A stretch of 64,000 bases of DNA from Ramazzottius varieornatus (GCA_001949185.1 BDGG01000001.1:4639624-4703623); one strand, 5' to 3'; positions 1-16,189 are shown, numbered from the stretch's first letter. The notes: a model not told the origin generated them from the sequence alone. Numbers and translations: made by a program.

Positions 1-140
1 GGGAATGCGTCCCTTCCCGTTCCTCCATATGGACATTTTTTCCGGCTTCCGGTTGGAAATACCCATCATAAAACCGTTCTCCAGACTGGAAGCCGAAAAA
101 AATCCAAATGGAGAAACAGGAAGGGATGAGTTTCCGCCAC
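1..140. repeat. Palindromic MITE-like hairpin (family C), left end truncated by window
   Basis: Arm tcccttcccgttcctccatatggacattttttccggcttccgg pairs imperfectly with ctggaagccgaaaaaaatccaaatggagaaacaggaagggatg. Ends in CACTG|TA. Shares the aatgcRtcccttcc terminus with 21409-21517. Confidence 0.6.
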
Positions 141-214
141 TGTAGGTCTGTGCTCTTTTTTCTCGATCGCACGTGATTCTAACAAATTTTGTCTGATGAT
201 TAAACTCGTTCCAG

Positions 215-981
215 GTTATCCCATTACCGTGTCGTCGTACACGAGGATCGTCGACGGACGAGCGACATTCGGCGCCGTAACACAAGGTCCGCAAATGACC
301 TATTACAACGGTAACATCGTCCCCCACGGTCAGAACCCTTACGGAGTACCCAACCAAGGAACCTACACGCTACCTGGAAACATGCGCGTCTTGAATGTCG
401 CCGGCCAGCAGCAGACCCAATCCACCTACACCCGCATCGTCGATGGCGTAGCTACCTACGGAACTATCACCATCGGCCAAATGCAAACTTACTTCGTGCC
501 CAATGATCAAAACCGAATTATATCCAGCAACGTTCAACCCATGATTATCTCCAGTCCGCAAAACCAAATAGTGTCGAACCAACGAGTCATCGTTTCGAGT
601 CCGCAAAACCAGTTCTTGACCAACAGCCAGAACCAACTTCTGTCCAACCTGATTTCCTCTTCGAACCAAGGAGTGCAACCCATGGTTCTGCTACCTAATT
701 CTGGCTCGTCGAGCAACCGGCAAGTTCAGATTGTTGTGCAGGACCAGAACCGTCAACCCTTCATCGTTCGCAACAACAACCAAGGCATGAACAGCGGACA
801 GTTCCGGACAGAAATTTTGACTCAACTTACTAATATTCCAGTGACGCGAACCAGGATCATCCCTGCTGACGATGGTCAGTTCCAAGCGGCGACCATGTTC
901 GTCCAGCAAGGCCAGTCGATTCCCTTTCCGACTTTTCAGAGAGTCACCGGACTTGCTGGACCAATGCCTTGTGTTAAATAA
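215..981 (+). CDS. Probable terminal exon of an unknown Q/N/V/I-rich low-complexity protein with internal repeats
   Basis: Long ORF preceded by acceptor ttccag at 213-214. Repeat SYTRIVDGRATFG / TYTRIVDGVATYG and several (I/V)SSPQNQ units. No recognised domain. Confidence 0.6.
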
Positions 982-1330
982 CCTACGACGAGAACGAAGG
1001 AACAATATTCTGAATTTATGATATACCGATGGAAGTTTGACTCACATGTCATACTCAATTCCTTGCTGCCATTTTCTAATTGGATCTTAACAGTAGAATT
1101 CTTGTCGAGGCGTTATAAACAGAAAAGTAACGTGAAAATTTCTTTGGCAATTCATTACCGCACTTTCCACTGTTGCAACCTGACGACCACCGGACAAAAT
1201 CCCGCACCATTCCGTTAGGAGTAAATCAAATAAAACATGGAGTTAAAAACAACGGGATTACAGGAGCAGAGGAAAAGGTTTATTAAAACTTCTCAAGAAA
1301 TGTCGGGCGAATACCACTCTGCTTAATATA

Positions 1331-4301
<2,971 letters not shown>

Positions 4302-5085
4302 TCTTTCCACCGTCTCCTCCAAATCCAGAAGATTTTTTTTGATCCGCAAAAGATATAAAACTGGAAGAATTCAAACGGGAATCGTAAGAACTAATATTAA
4401 GAACAAAACGAATTTCGCCAGGCTTGCGGATCCGCCATACATGGCACAGCCTTGCTAAGGAGTTCTCTATCGAGGCCGTGTCATGTTCGGGCAGGTCCTC
4501 ACGCTGGGGTTTGTCCTTAGCCCATCCCAGTGATCGCACTTTACCACAAAGAATGACGTTTGTTTACGTAACGCGCGAGTCTCCCTTAGAACATCGGTGC
4601 GGCAGATCCAGCACGGCTTTTGTGGGTTTGGCCGAATCTTGATTCGTGACGTAGAAGGTCTGTCACATGTGGCCCACTTGCCTCAGAGGGACAGAAGAGC
4701 AAAATCCGATCTTCTTTGCCAAAAACTCTTTTAGACTTCCCATAATCCCATTCTTGATTGTTGAGCATTCGGACGGGGAACTACGATTTACTTTCATTTC
4801 ACAGGAGACCAGACTCCGTGTTCAACGGACAGAAGTGCTAGGAAGGACTGTTTCCCTAACACACGGCAGGAGTTTGGACGGGATTCCCTTCCATTGCGAA
4901 AGGCTAATGCTGAATGGTAAGGTGACTAAGTTGAGGACGACTGATCAGTGGTTCTTTTTTCTCTCCATGCAGTGACGCGTGTTCGTTCTCTAAATAAATT
5001 TGTGTTTTAACGAAGCTTCTTGTTTCAGGGTAATGCAAGCGTAACGGGCGTGACATCGGCATCGTACTCAGAGAAGGTTGAAATC
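4302..5085. promoter_or_regulatory. Divergent (bidirectional) promoter region LETM1/STUB1
   Basis: Head-to-head starts under 800 bp apart; contains AAGGTCTGTCACATGTG at 4655-4671. Confidence 0.6.
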
Positions 5086-6430
5086 ATGGCAGGAGCCCAT
5101 GGTGCAAATGGGACAAAGGAAAAGCTCACATCGGAACATCTGCGCAAACGGGGGAACGAACTGCACGATGCTCGAAGATTCAGCGAAGCTGTCGACTGTT
5201 ACACCAAAGCCATCGTAAGTCAGGCACATAAAATAGATGAACTTCCAGTTAAAGGTTCCTATCGAAGTTATGACTATATTCCTGTTTTGACAGACAAAGG
5301 ACCCTTCCGTCGCAGCCTACTACACCAACCGTGCCCTATGCTACCTACGGATGCAGCGCTGGGACCTAGTCTGCAAAGACTGTAGTAGTGCCATAGAGCG
5401 GGATGCTTCGTGCTTGAAAGCTTACTACTTCATGGGAGTCGCCATGATGGAGAGGGGGAATTACGACGAAGCTGTGAATCTTCTCCAGAAGGGTAATTGT
5501 ATCTGTTTCTGATCTGTTGTCAACCATAGAGTTGCCAGAAAAGATTCTTATTTTGAAGAAGAGTTTAATGATATTATTAAGATTGTTGGACAGACGTCTT
5601 ATCAATCTGAAGTTTGAAAATCGATCTGATTATGGTTCATCATTGTCACTTCCAGCTAACGACGTGGCAGTGAAGCAGCGTCAATGTTACGGTGACGAGA
5701 TTACGTCAGTGATTCGGACGTGTCGCAAACGACGCTGGAATCGACAGGAAGACAAGCGTATCCAGCAAGAAATCGATTTGCAAGTGTATCTGCATCGGTT
5801 GATCGATGAGGAAAAGAAACGGCAGATCGAAGTGCTCAATACACCTTCAGAAGAACCGACCACTCACGCTGGTGCGGAAGCTTTGAGTAAGCAAGCGACA
5901 GAGATCGAAAGGTATCACACTGAGAAGAAAGCAGAGCTGGATAGACTCTTCTCCGACATTGACGACAGACGCAAACGCCGCGATGTTCCAGATTACCTGT
6001 GCGGAAAGATCAGCTTTGAGCTCATGCGGGATCCGGTCATCACGCCCAGTGGTATCACTTACGATCGACGGGACATTGATGAACATCTACGCAGTAAGAA
6101 ACCTTTCGAGAAAATAGATACTTCATCAGAAAACGTGGTAGTTCGCGTTGACGCACTCTTTCATGTACCTGCGCACACTGAGCCTCACAACGGCTGTGCT
6201 GGCCAGGTATGCACGTGTATGAGAGAACAGCTCGCCTGCAGTGACGGGCTTTTGTGCGAGTTTCTGGGATCCAGTATTTCATTTGACATATTGGTTTGTT
6301 CTCAGGAGTTGGACATTTCGATCCAGTGACCAGGACCGAACTCACTCAGGACCTTCTTGTGCCCAACCTAGCCATGAAGGAAGTTATCGACACGTTTTTG
6401 GCGAGCAACGAATGGGCTATTGATTACTAG
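5086..6430 (+). CDS. STUB1: E3 ubiquitin ligase CHIP (TPR + U-box), multi-exon
   Basis: TPR ([27 protein letters not shown]) and U-box [46 protein letters not shown]; ends WAIDY*. Confidence 0.96.
6167..6216. repeat. Family B 50-bp palindrome, STUB1 intron
   Basis: acctgcgcac-N30-gtatgcacgt. Confidence 0.55.
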
Positions 6431-6745
6431 CGATATTATCTACTTCGGCTGATCTTTTCTCTTCGCGAAGGAAGGAAGCACCGTTTCTCTAGTCTTGCTA
6501 ATTCCACATGAGGTTTTCACGATTCGAATTTCTGTTGTATGTGCTTTGCAGTTCACCGTAAAAGTTACTTCCGGTTTGCTGTACTGTAGAAATATGCGCG
6601 TGTCCTGCGTTAGCCATCATGCTTTCAAATCTCAATATCTGTATCATTTTCGTTCACAAAGTGTATATAAATAAGTAAAATGAAGAGTGGATACATGCGT
6701 GTAAAAACAAGCTAAAGAGTTTTACATGTTCACTTCCGGTTCAAA

Positions 6746-9700
6746 CTACATAGACTGGATGATAGCTTCGTTCACTTCCGGACTCTCACTTCGGACTTGC
6801 AGCATCATGGCGACGCCGCTGTCGCTTAGGACAAGCTTACACTTAACCAGCACACTAAAGCCACCTCTGAAGACCCCGGAAAGTAGAAGCAGATGAGTAT
6901 TCTTGTCTCCAGGGACCTTCTCACTCTTATCCAGTGGCTGCATACCGAAGAACCTGACTAAGTTGTCCACGGCATCTTGGACATTCTTGTACTGGTTCAT
7001 GCCGTAAGTACCCTGGTGTTCGCTGTCATTACCAAACTCGTCCCAGGCTGCAGCGAAGTTCGGGACGATCGTCTTCTGCATGTGGTCAGCTAGAGTGACC
7101 TCGACGTCTTCCAGGACGTACTCGTCGTCGTAGCCTTCTTCCGACTCGACTTCTCCCGTTGCTGGGTCGCAGTCTTTGACTACAAACTTCAGGACAGAGG
7201 TAAAGGCGGCAGTAGCTGCCACTTCGTCGGGAGGGATGCGAACACGGGTGTATGTGGTGCCAGGTTGGTTGTGGGGGAGACTGGGACAGTGGATGGTGCC
7301 GTCGACCACAAAGGCCGAATCTGGACTTTCCACCTGAAACACAAAGTTAGCTGTTACGCGGATGCACAAAGTAATAGCCCAATGTCGGGAAACCGATTGA
7401 TTTTCAGTCAAAATTGACAGGAGGCGAGGAAAGTCCATCACATCTTTCAGAAACCTGCATACAGAAACCGTATGTCTTCCTGAACGACATGTATGCAGGT
7501 GAGTACGAAAGTAACGAGTCGCACCTACGCCTGCCGAATTCTCACTGGACTCCACAATTATCTCGAGATGTTCTAAAAGAGGACGTTCTAGAAAGAAAAG
7601 ACTAGTGGACGAACCTGCACGTAGACTTTCTCCAAGATCTGGTCGTTCAGCGTGTTGATACAGTCGAACTGCAACACAATGTCCTTCTCGAACGTGTGCT
7701 TGATGCACTTGACCACGTACTCCGTTTCGGTCTCCGTCAGCTGCGTGGGCAGAGAGGACTTGAATAGTGGCCCCAAAGCTGCAATTTGAGGAATCTTCTG
7801 CAGCTGTTCGACGTACATGTCAGCTGCCGAGACTGCTGCTGTGGTCGGTGCTGCACCAGTAGCTCCGGTTTTGGCCGCACGAGCTTCCTCCCTACCCACT
7901 TCCGCTCGCGCACCCTGAATCTCATCACGAAGCAGCTTCTTGTCTTCCACGGTGAGAGGTTCTGCTGAAATCGGAACGCTGCGCATGTCGAAGGGTTCTT
8001 GGTGAGTCGTGTTGGAAATGTAGGTCTGGAGAGCTCTTTCGAGCGACACAATGGAAACCTGCAAGACCAATTTAGAAAACTTTCCGTTTTTATTCTGATT
8101 ATTTTCTGGATAATAGTCGAGTTTTTCTTCCCGGTTATTTCATACCTGGAGATGGCTAAGAATGAAGTTATTGTACAGCCCACTCTGCTGCGAATCTAGA
8201 ATGTAGAAATAGTACGTAGCTCGATCGCGGACTTCATCATCCTGGTCCATCATGCACCTCTTCAGCAGCACCATGATGTTACTTTTCAAGTCCGGACAGT
8301 ATGCTCCGAACTTGGCCATGGCTGTAACAGCCGCCGACCTAACTGCCGCGTTCTCAAGGATGACTCTGTTGTAAATGTACCGAATGTACTTGGCCGGCTG
8401 CTTAGTCTTCGGGCCTTCTCTTCCTAACAGCGCCAGAATCCTGACAGCCAGGTTCACATGCTCACAGTCCTCAATGAATTCACACAGGTGAGTCAGTCCC
8501 GATTCCTTTGCGTCTTGGTTGTCTTCGACTATGATGATTAAAGTATCGATCAAAGCCTTCTTGAACTCATAGCCGCCTTCTTCTCTCAGCATCGTGGCTA
8601 AGTAACTCATCATCAGCGTGTGCTTCTTGGGGAACTTGAAACACAAGGCTCGAACTGCACTGACGACCACCACTTTGAACTCATCAGAAATATCGTTCAT
8701 GAAGGACGATATTTGCTTCATTAGACGGTCGACGTTGTTCTCGTTGCCTGTCTTGAGGAGCGTGGTGATGGCGAGGGTGGCGATGGAACGGTTGGAGTCG
8801 GTGATGAGGTTCTCTAGGTCCATGTTACAGGCTGTGACGGCAGCGGGATGCGTCATGGCCACTTGACTGAGTGTTCGAACGGCGGTGTAGCGAATGGTGG
8901 GCTTGGACGAGGAGCAGAAGAGCTGGAGGACCGAGATGGCCGGACCGAGGTCTCGACCGGTGGAATGACGAAGGTTAACGAGAGCTTGGGCGCTCTCGTA
9001 GACGACCATCTCGTTCTTGTGGCGAAGACAAGACTCGAGGAAATCGAACAAAGACGCTGTCACCGTTCCTGCAAACTTATCCCATCAACGTACGACAAGT
9101 GGGTTAAAGGAAGGCCGGAAATTAAAAGTACAAGATCGTTATTTTAAGTAGTACACACTTCCAGCCAACAGCATCGAGAAGGTGCGCCACGTGAAATAAC
9201 GATCTCGAACGTTTGGTCTGCCAACCTCTCAAGTTATCATCGGGACCATTTCTGCAAGAGGAGTTTAGTCTGACCTTGCAAAGCTTCTTCTTGAATCGTC
9301 TTTGACACCATCTGCACCAGAAGACACACCGCTAACGGTGACTTCAGGTGTCTACCAGCTGTGAACTTAGCGATCAGCTTGTTGACAGCCAAGCGATCGC
9401 CTCGGCGGATCTGATACAGCAGTCCCAGGGCGTGATACTGTACCATGGGGTTCTCGTTGGTCGCTGCTTCCTGGATCTCGTTACCCCAACGTTTGACAAT
9501 GTCCAAACCAGCTCCGGAGCGAGTAGCGATGTGGAGAGAAGACACCAAAGCTGCGCTGGCCACGGCCGGGGACTTGTCGACGATCGCTTGCTTCATGTAT
9601 CGCTCCATAGACTGCAACATCTGTGGGTCGACGATGAGACAGAGAGCTCGAATGGCTGCTGCTCGGTATCCTTCTTCCTTTCCCGTCATGTCCTTCATCA

Positions 9701-10257
9701 AGCTGCTGGTAACGATGATGACGTCCTCAGCCACCTACAAGCACGATTTTCAATTAATTCGCAACTATGTCATAGCAAGGCTAGCCAGCAACATGCACCC
9801 ACTTTTCTTGAACCTGCACAACCCAGTCCCGGCTGCACATACCGAAGCGGAAGTACGCAGGTTCATGAAAGTCCCAACATACCCATTTTCCATCATTCTT
9901 CGAGATGGACCGAAACGAAAGTCCCTTACCCTGTTCTCTCAAGTGAACAGGTAGCAAAAGTACCTTGCATAGTTCCTTGATGCAGAGAAAAACCAAGCGT
10001 CGCAGATTGACATCTTGGGACTGGAATAGCTTGGTGATGGCGAAGAAGAACGTGGTGGCTTCGCGGACAGACAACACTTCGCCTTGGTTCAGCATGTACA
10101 AAATCTTACTGGCAACTGCCGAACATTTTCGCACATTTACGGGGGTTTCGTTGAAGATACGAGCCTCCTGCAGGACGGTGGTGCGGTCCAGGTTAGCGTA
10201 AGGGTTACCGGCTGTCTCATCGTCCTTCTTATCTCCGCGCTTCCCTGCGTAAGCCAT
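6746..10257 (-). CDS. COPG: Coatomer subunit gamma (multi-exon)
   Basis: [82 protein letters not shown]. Confidence 0.97.
7453..7500. repeat. Family B palindrome, COPG intron
   Basis: acctgcataca-N26-tgtatgcaggt (perfect arms). Confidence 0.75.
9133..9205. repeat. Family A palindrome, COPG intron
   Basis: agatcgttattttaagtagtacac-N25-gtgcgccacgtgaaataacgatct. Confidence 0.8.
9812..9862. repeat. Family B palindrome, COPG intron
   Basis: tgaacctgcac...gcggaagtacgcaggttca. Confidence 0.65.
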
Positions 10258-10766
10258 GATTGGGGCAATGGTGACAAGGTGGAATCAGGTTAATCCAGGC
10301 ACGACCGCTGTCCCTTCCACAGCTCCTTGCTACGCTTTAATGTTCACGCTTTTCCTGGAAACAACAAACGACACAAGAGATGGGAACAAACCTGGATGGC
10401 ATCGAGGAAGGGTGTAGAAATTATAATAAAACCATACAGCATCAACGTGGCACGTCACAGGTGACAGACCTTTGCTTAACTTTGCTGGCAACTCAAGGCG
10501 AAGCGAAATTAACCAGCCTGGATTTCCTCGCTTCGCAAATTGTTCCGCTGTGGCTCATGGCTGAAATTCGGTTGATTTGTTGAACGAGTATTATACACAA
10601 GCGAAGCTGTTATCACCTTACCGGACATCGTTTCGCACCGCCGTCGGAAATCGGACGCAGATTCTAATTTTCTCTCCGAGGTTGAACGGAGGTTCATCCA
10701 GATTGGGATTCTGTGAGAGATCTTCCTGATTTTTGTTTCGCTCTGTTTCATTCTGGATTGTCCACC
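10258..10766. promoter_or_regulatory. Divergent (bidirectional) promoter region COPG/ABCE1
   Basis: Head-to-head starts ~510 bp apart; contains the reverse complement of AAGGTCTGTCACCTGTG at 10456-10472. Confidence 0.65.
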
Positions 10767-13478
10767 ATGTCAGGGAAGAATCAAGCTGCGCAGGACGCTT
10801 TAACCAGGATAGCTATTGTGAATTCTGATCGTTGTAAGCCAAAGAAATGTCGTCAGGAATGCAAGAGATCCTGTCCGGTTGTCCGTATGGGTAAGTTCTT
10901 CCCTGATTGCACTCTATAAATTCCTTCCGAATGTTGTTTGTCTTTCCAGGTAAGCTCTGTATCGAAGTGACGCCGACAGACAAGGTCGCTTTCATATCCG
11001 AAGAATTATGTATCGGATGTGGTATTTGTCCGAAGAAATGCCCCTTCGATGCCATCCAGATCATCAATCTGCCCAGCAATCTCCAGAGGGATACTACACA
11101 TCGTTACAGGTTGGAGCTTTGCTTTTCTTTTGCCGTCTGACACTTGTGGGCTTGATGGTGAAATGTTGTACGGTGTCGGAACTAACAGTGATTTCGTGTA
11201 TAGTGCCAATTCATTCAAGCTTCATCGGTTACCGATGCCGAGGCAAGGATCGGTTCTTGGGTTGGTTGGAACGAACGGTATCGGAAAATCGACAGCACTG
11301 AAAATTCTATGCGGAAAGATGAAACCCAACTTGGGACGCTTTGTTGTGAGCATGAGTTGTCCGAACATGAATTATAGTGTATTCTGGACATATTGTTGAA
11401 CCGACGTTGGCTGAGTGGTATTCTTACAGGATCCACCGGAGTGGGAGGAGGTGCTGGCTTACTTCCGGGGTTCCGAACTTCAGAACTACTTTACTCGTGT
11501 TTTGGAAGAGTCACTCAAAGCGGTGGTCAAGCCTCAGTATGTTGATCGCCTCGCAAAAGAAGTCAAGGTAAGTCTCTCGCGAAAAACATATTTACAATAT
11601 TATACTGTGTATATACCGACTTCCGGCTGACTTCCATGCACTGAATGGAGCGATATATATCTCAGGGTACGGTTGGCCATCACCTGGGACGGAAAGACGA
11701 GCGTCATGTAAAGGATGAGATTGTCGAAGCTTTGGATTTACGTAACGTTTTGGACCGAAATATCGAAGACCTCTCCGGCGGGGAACTACAGCGTTTCGCT
11801 ATCGCCATGGTCTGCATACAAACGGCCACCATGTGAGTTCACTTTGACTTTCGCATTTTTCATCTCTCGTGAGTTTGCTTCAGTGGTCGACGGTGTGGGC
11901 TATGGTTTACAGTACGTGGGATGTACTCACCTCGGGTTTCCGTTTTCAGTTATATGTTTGACGAGCCTTCCAGTTACCTGGACGTTAAGCAACGTCTGAA
12001 AGCCGCGCAGACCATTCGTGGATTGTTGGCGCATGACAAGTACATCGTGGTGGTCGAGCACGATTTGTCCGTTTTGGACTACCTTTCAGATTTCATCAGT
12101 TGTTTGTATGGTATTCCCGGCGCTTATGGAGTGGTAACGATGCCTTCCGGTGTTAGAGAAGGTACGGGCTAATTATCAACATTCACTATTGGGACCATCC
12201 TCCACGACAGTCGGTCCATTTGCATGGCCGAAGATCTTGATTCGTTTTGTAGGTATCAATATCTTCCTGGATGGTTTCATTCCATCCGAGAACCTACGAT
12301 TTCGAGAAACGGCGCTGACGTTCAAAGTCTCGGAGCAGATGACCGAAGAGGAAGTAAAGCGTTTGGCACAGTACAAGTATCCCGCTATGAAGAAACGATA
12401 CAACAAGTTTCAGTTGGAAATTGAGGCTGGTAGCTTCACTGATTCCGAAATTATCGTCATGCTGGGCGAGAACGGAACGGGAAAGACCACATTTATCAAG
12501 ATGTTGGCTGGTCGTCTTCAACCAGACGAAGGAGGTACGTTGCGCCCGCGTTTTTCAGTTACCTGCATACACAGGTGTCTACATGAGGCTTGATGCATAA
12601 GTACGTAGGTGCCTGACAGATTGCTTTCATTATGCTGGCCATCTCCGAAATGTACTTTTTTGCGCTTGGTTGTGCTTGGCAGATTACGTCGCTGGTTGTG
12701 TGTGGATGGTTTTCTAATAAAACCTTCGTTTCTTGCAGACGAAGTTCCTGTACTGAACGTTTCGTACAAGCCACAGACAATCAGTCCGAAGTTTCAAGGT
12801 TCCGTCCAGCTGCTTCTTCACGAGCGCATTCGAGACGCTTACATTCATCCACAGTTCATTTCGGACGTGATGAAGCCTTTGAACATGGATGCTTTGATGG
12901 ACCTGGAAGTGCAGAACTTGTCCGGTGGTGAGCTACAGAGAGTGGCCATCGTCATCTGCCTCGGAAAGCCGGCCGATGTCTATCTCATCGACGAACCTTC
13001 CGCTTACTTGGACTCTGAACAACGTCTGACTGCTTCCAAAGTCATCAAAAGGTGAAGAGCCTTCTTCGACAGCTTTTCCTCGAAATTATATGATTTTGGT
13101 TCTCTTTACAAATCATCGGCGATTCTTCTTCAGGTTTATTCTTCACGCGAAGAAGACTGCCTTCATCGTCGAGCACGATTTCATCATGGCCACATATTTA
13201 GCTGATCGTGTCATAGCTTTTGACGGACAGCCTTCTATTCGAGCTACTGCGAGAACGTAAGTTGGGCTCTGGTTTCGGAAGAGAAAAGTTCTCGAGAGTG
13301 ATTCGTATGTTTTTGCAGGCCTCAAAGTTTGCTTAGCGGGATGAATGGTTTCCTGAAGTCTCTGGACGTTACTTTTCGTCGCGATCCTGACAACTTCCGG
13401 CCTCGCATCAACAAGAAGAACTCTGTCAAGGACACCGAGCAAAAGCGAGGCGGTAACTATTTCTTCCTGGAGGACTAA
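10767..13478 (+). CDS. ABCE1: ABCE1/RLI1 ribosome recycling ATPase (Fe-S domain + two ABC domains), multi-exon
   Basis: [47 protein letters not shown] twice, GENGTGKTT; ends GNYFFLED*. Confidence 0.98.
12561..12610. repeat. Family B palindrome, ABCE1 intron
   Basis: acctgcatac-N30-gtacgtaggt. Confidence 0.7.
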
Positions 13479-13833
13479 ATGCATTTTTCTAACTCGGTGA
13501 CTTGTGTTGAAGTTTGAAGGCGGAAATGACACTTTGTGAGTTAGGCAATCAGTTTTTTACTGAAGAATGACAGAAAAGAAACGCTTTTTCCAACTAACGA
13601 TTAAATAAATGACAAGAGAGAGCAACAGTACGAGAGAAGAGTGAAGAAAATAAAAAGATCAAATCGTTTTCAATCTAGAAAAAGTTATAACAGGTTCCGA
13701 ATGAAGAGTGCGGTACGACACGACCAACAGACCAATCAACAAATCTAGTCAACGGGAGGACGATTCACTGTTGTGCTTCCTTGTGAGCATGTCAGTCTGC
13801 ACTTCCTGCCATCTTCCGATTCTTGTTCCTCTT

Positions 13834-15357
13834 TCATTCTTCATCCTTGGGAGGCTTGGGAGTTCCGAAGCGACTGCAGCGCTTTTTCCACTTGCACATG
13901 TTGCACCACTGATCTTGTGACTGGATACCGTACACACTGCGACACTTGCGCATGTTCTTCCCCCCACGTAACTTTTCACCATTACGTTCTTGCAAACCCA
14001 AGCGGACTTTCCTTATCGTGCTGGCTGAGTACCACTCGCCATTCACTTCCATGCCTTCCATTTCTCTGTCTCGCTTCTTGATGCTCTTGACTTTAGGCTT
14101 CTTCACTACGACTGGTCTCTTCTCTTTCATCTTCAGGAGGACTTTCTTCTTGTAAACTTTCTTCGGTTTCACTTCCGCTGGCAGCTGGAAGACCTTATGG
14201 TTGATGCTCTGGTCCAAGGCCATGGCGATCTCCGCGTCCAAACTCCAGTCAGACGTTGAGACGAAGCTGTCATCTGAGAGAGGTTCTGCGGAAGGACAGC
14301 GGACTGTGGTAACGTGACGGTAACACGACACTTCGCTAGTGGACAAGGTGGCGGAAGCCGTGAAGGTAACGGATGGTCGGTACCAGACGGGAGGCGGTGG
14401 CATCAGCTGTTGCGCAAGCGCGTTAGCGGCGTTACTGATGGCGGTAACATTGCTACCGTTACTGACAGCCGTGGCATCCCACTTGATGGACACCAGCGAG
14501 TCAAAGTTATCTTCCGACAACTGAAAGACAGGACAACCATCTTCCTGACGAATGTGAAACTGCCCAATGTGCTGCTCAATCTGATCAAAAGAAGAGTACA
14601 AGATGAAACAACGGGTGCACTCAAACTGCAAATGACCAGGACAAGGTAAGGTGGTATCGTTCTTGGTGACGGTGGTGGTGGTGGTGGCGGTGACGACATC
14701 TTTGGCCGACGTTTCCATTGATTCCTTGATTGGTGGAGTTATTTCAGCTACCTTCTCCTCGCTTGGCTTTCCTTCTGTCTTGACTGGAAGCGCTAAAGGA
14801 ACACCAAATCTTCTGGCTGTCTTCTCTTCGACGGTCAGCACACGCATCACCTTCTTGGGCTTCTGGACACCAACGGTCTTGGGAGGCTTGGACGAAAGCT
14901 TGCGCGCTTTGGGCGGTAAATCAGCGGTCGCGAAGTGGCGCAGCAAGTCATGGTGAAACTCTCCACCTGAAATATCTGAAGCACTATCTGAATAATCTGT
15001 GTCAGAATTGGCTGCTGACCCGGACGAAAGACCACGGCTGAACTTCTTCGGAACCGTCATGACGATTCCTTTCCTCTTGACAGCCTTGGGGAAGGCAGCA
15101 GCGTCGTAACCACCATGCTTTGGTATCAAGACTGGATACGGTAACGCCATCATCCGATCCATTGCTTTCATCTGACTTTTGGTGTAACGGAAACCCATGC
15201 TGGCAGGTATCACTTGCCAGTACTTCATGCTGCTCTTGGAAGGCATCTTGACATTGTTGTAGGTGTTTCTGCCTGTTGGAACGAGAGCAAATGGCACAGT
15301 GCAGACGCTCTTCTTCCTGATGTAGCCTGTTTTTGGCTGTATCCCGAATGGACTCAT
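13834..15357 (-). CDS. Single-exon C2H2 zinc finger + C-terminal C-clamp protein (ZNF395/ZNF704/SLC2A4RG-like)
   Basis: Uninterrupted ORF with first ATG at 15357. C2H2 CTRC..FDQIEQHIGQFH. C-clamp RKCRSVYGIQSQDQWCNMCKWKKRCSRF. Confidence 0.8.
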   Translation of the reverse strand: MSPFGIQPKTGYIRKKSVCTVPFALVPTGRNTYNNVKMPSKSSMKYWQVIPASMGFRYTKSQMKAMDRMMALPYPVLIPKHGGYDAAAFPKAVKRKGIVMTVPKKFSRGLSSGSAANSDTDYSDSASDISGGEFHHDLLRHFATADLPPKARKLSSKPPKTVGVQKPKKVMRVLTVEEKTARRFGVPLALPVKTEGKPSEEKVAEITPPIKESMETSAKDVVTATTTTTVTKNDTTLPCPGHLQFECTRCFILYSSFDQIEQHIGQFHIRQEDGCPVFQLSEDNFDSLVSIKWDATAVSNGSNVTAISNAANALAQQLMPPPPVWYRPSVTFTASATLSTSEVSCYRHVTTVRCPSAEPLSDDSFVSTSDWSLDAEIAMALDQSINHKVFQLPAEVKPKKVYKKKVLLKMKEKRPVVVKKPKVKSIKKRDREMEGMEVNGEWYSASTIRKVRLGLQERNGEKLRGGKNMRKCRSVYGIQSQDQWCNMCKWKKRCSRFGTPKPPKDEE

Positions 15358-16189
15358 CTTTTCCCACTCTTTCAAAGTGAAAAATTAGAGCGGCACCTTT
15401 CTTCCACTCCCAGGAGCGTTCAGGAAAGGCTGGGAACTGCAACGAAGGGAGGAAAGAAGTTGAAGCCGGTTGGAGGAAGATGTGTGTAAATGCATATGCA
15501 TCCAGCTGCTTTGCCTACAAACACAAACGAGATCCGTAAGTCATTGCAATCATGATTATGGAAACTTATTCTGAGCTCCACTTGCCTTTCCAGTCGCAGA
15601 TAGTCCAGGTGAACAAAGATGCGTCAGGATGAGCCAGTCTGGACGGTGAAGAGGAATGATGGACAGGATTGCGAAATTCTGGTTCTGTCGTAATCGTCTG
15701 ATCGACTACGTGTCTAGAAAACGGAGAGAACGGGAACACCGAGAAGTATGACCCTTCTGCGCACCAAATGCAGTTTTCTGTCTGGTCCAGATGGATGACG
15801 GGTGGTATCTGGCGAGCAGACTCGTGTATCTCTTCGGTACTTCGATTCGTTCTTGCGTGCACGCAGACCGCACGCCGGCCGGGCTGAAATGAATGGGCGC
15901 CATATCGCGACCGTCTTTTGGCACGCTTCGTATAGATGATCAAGAGGATCAGAGAGAAGATTGGGCTACATTACATCACGCACGTGTACGTACGCTCCGG
16001 TCTACCCAGTTGACCATGCGTTGGAATGTCGGCGGCTTGTAAATGCGTCAGCGAGTACGATATGACAGTACGAAACTGGTACACCATATCAACTGCACCA
16101 GTGTACCCAAGATGTACCGCTGACTTGGTCCACTACAGAAATACCAAACTGTTTGGTAATACCGAATTTTTGTTGTGCTTTTCGTATTG

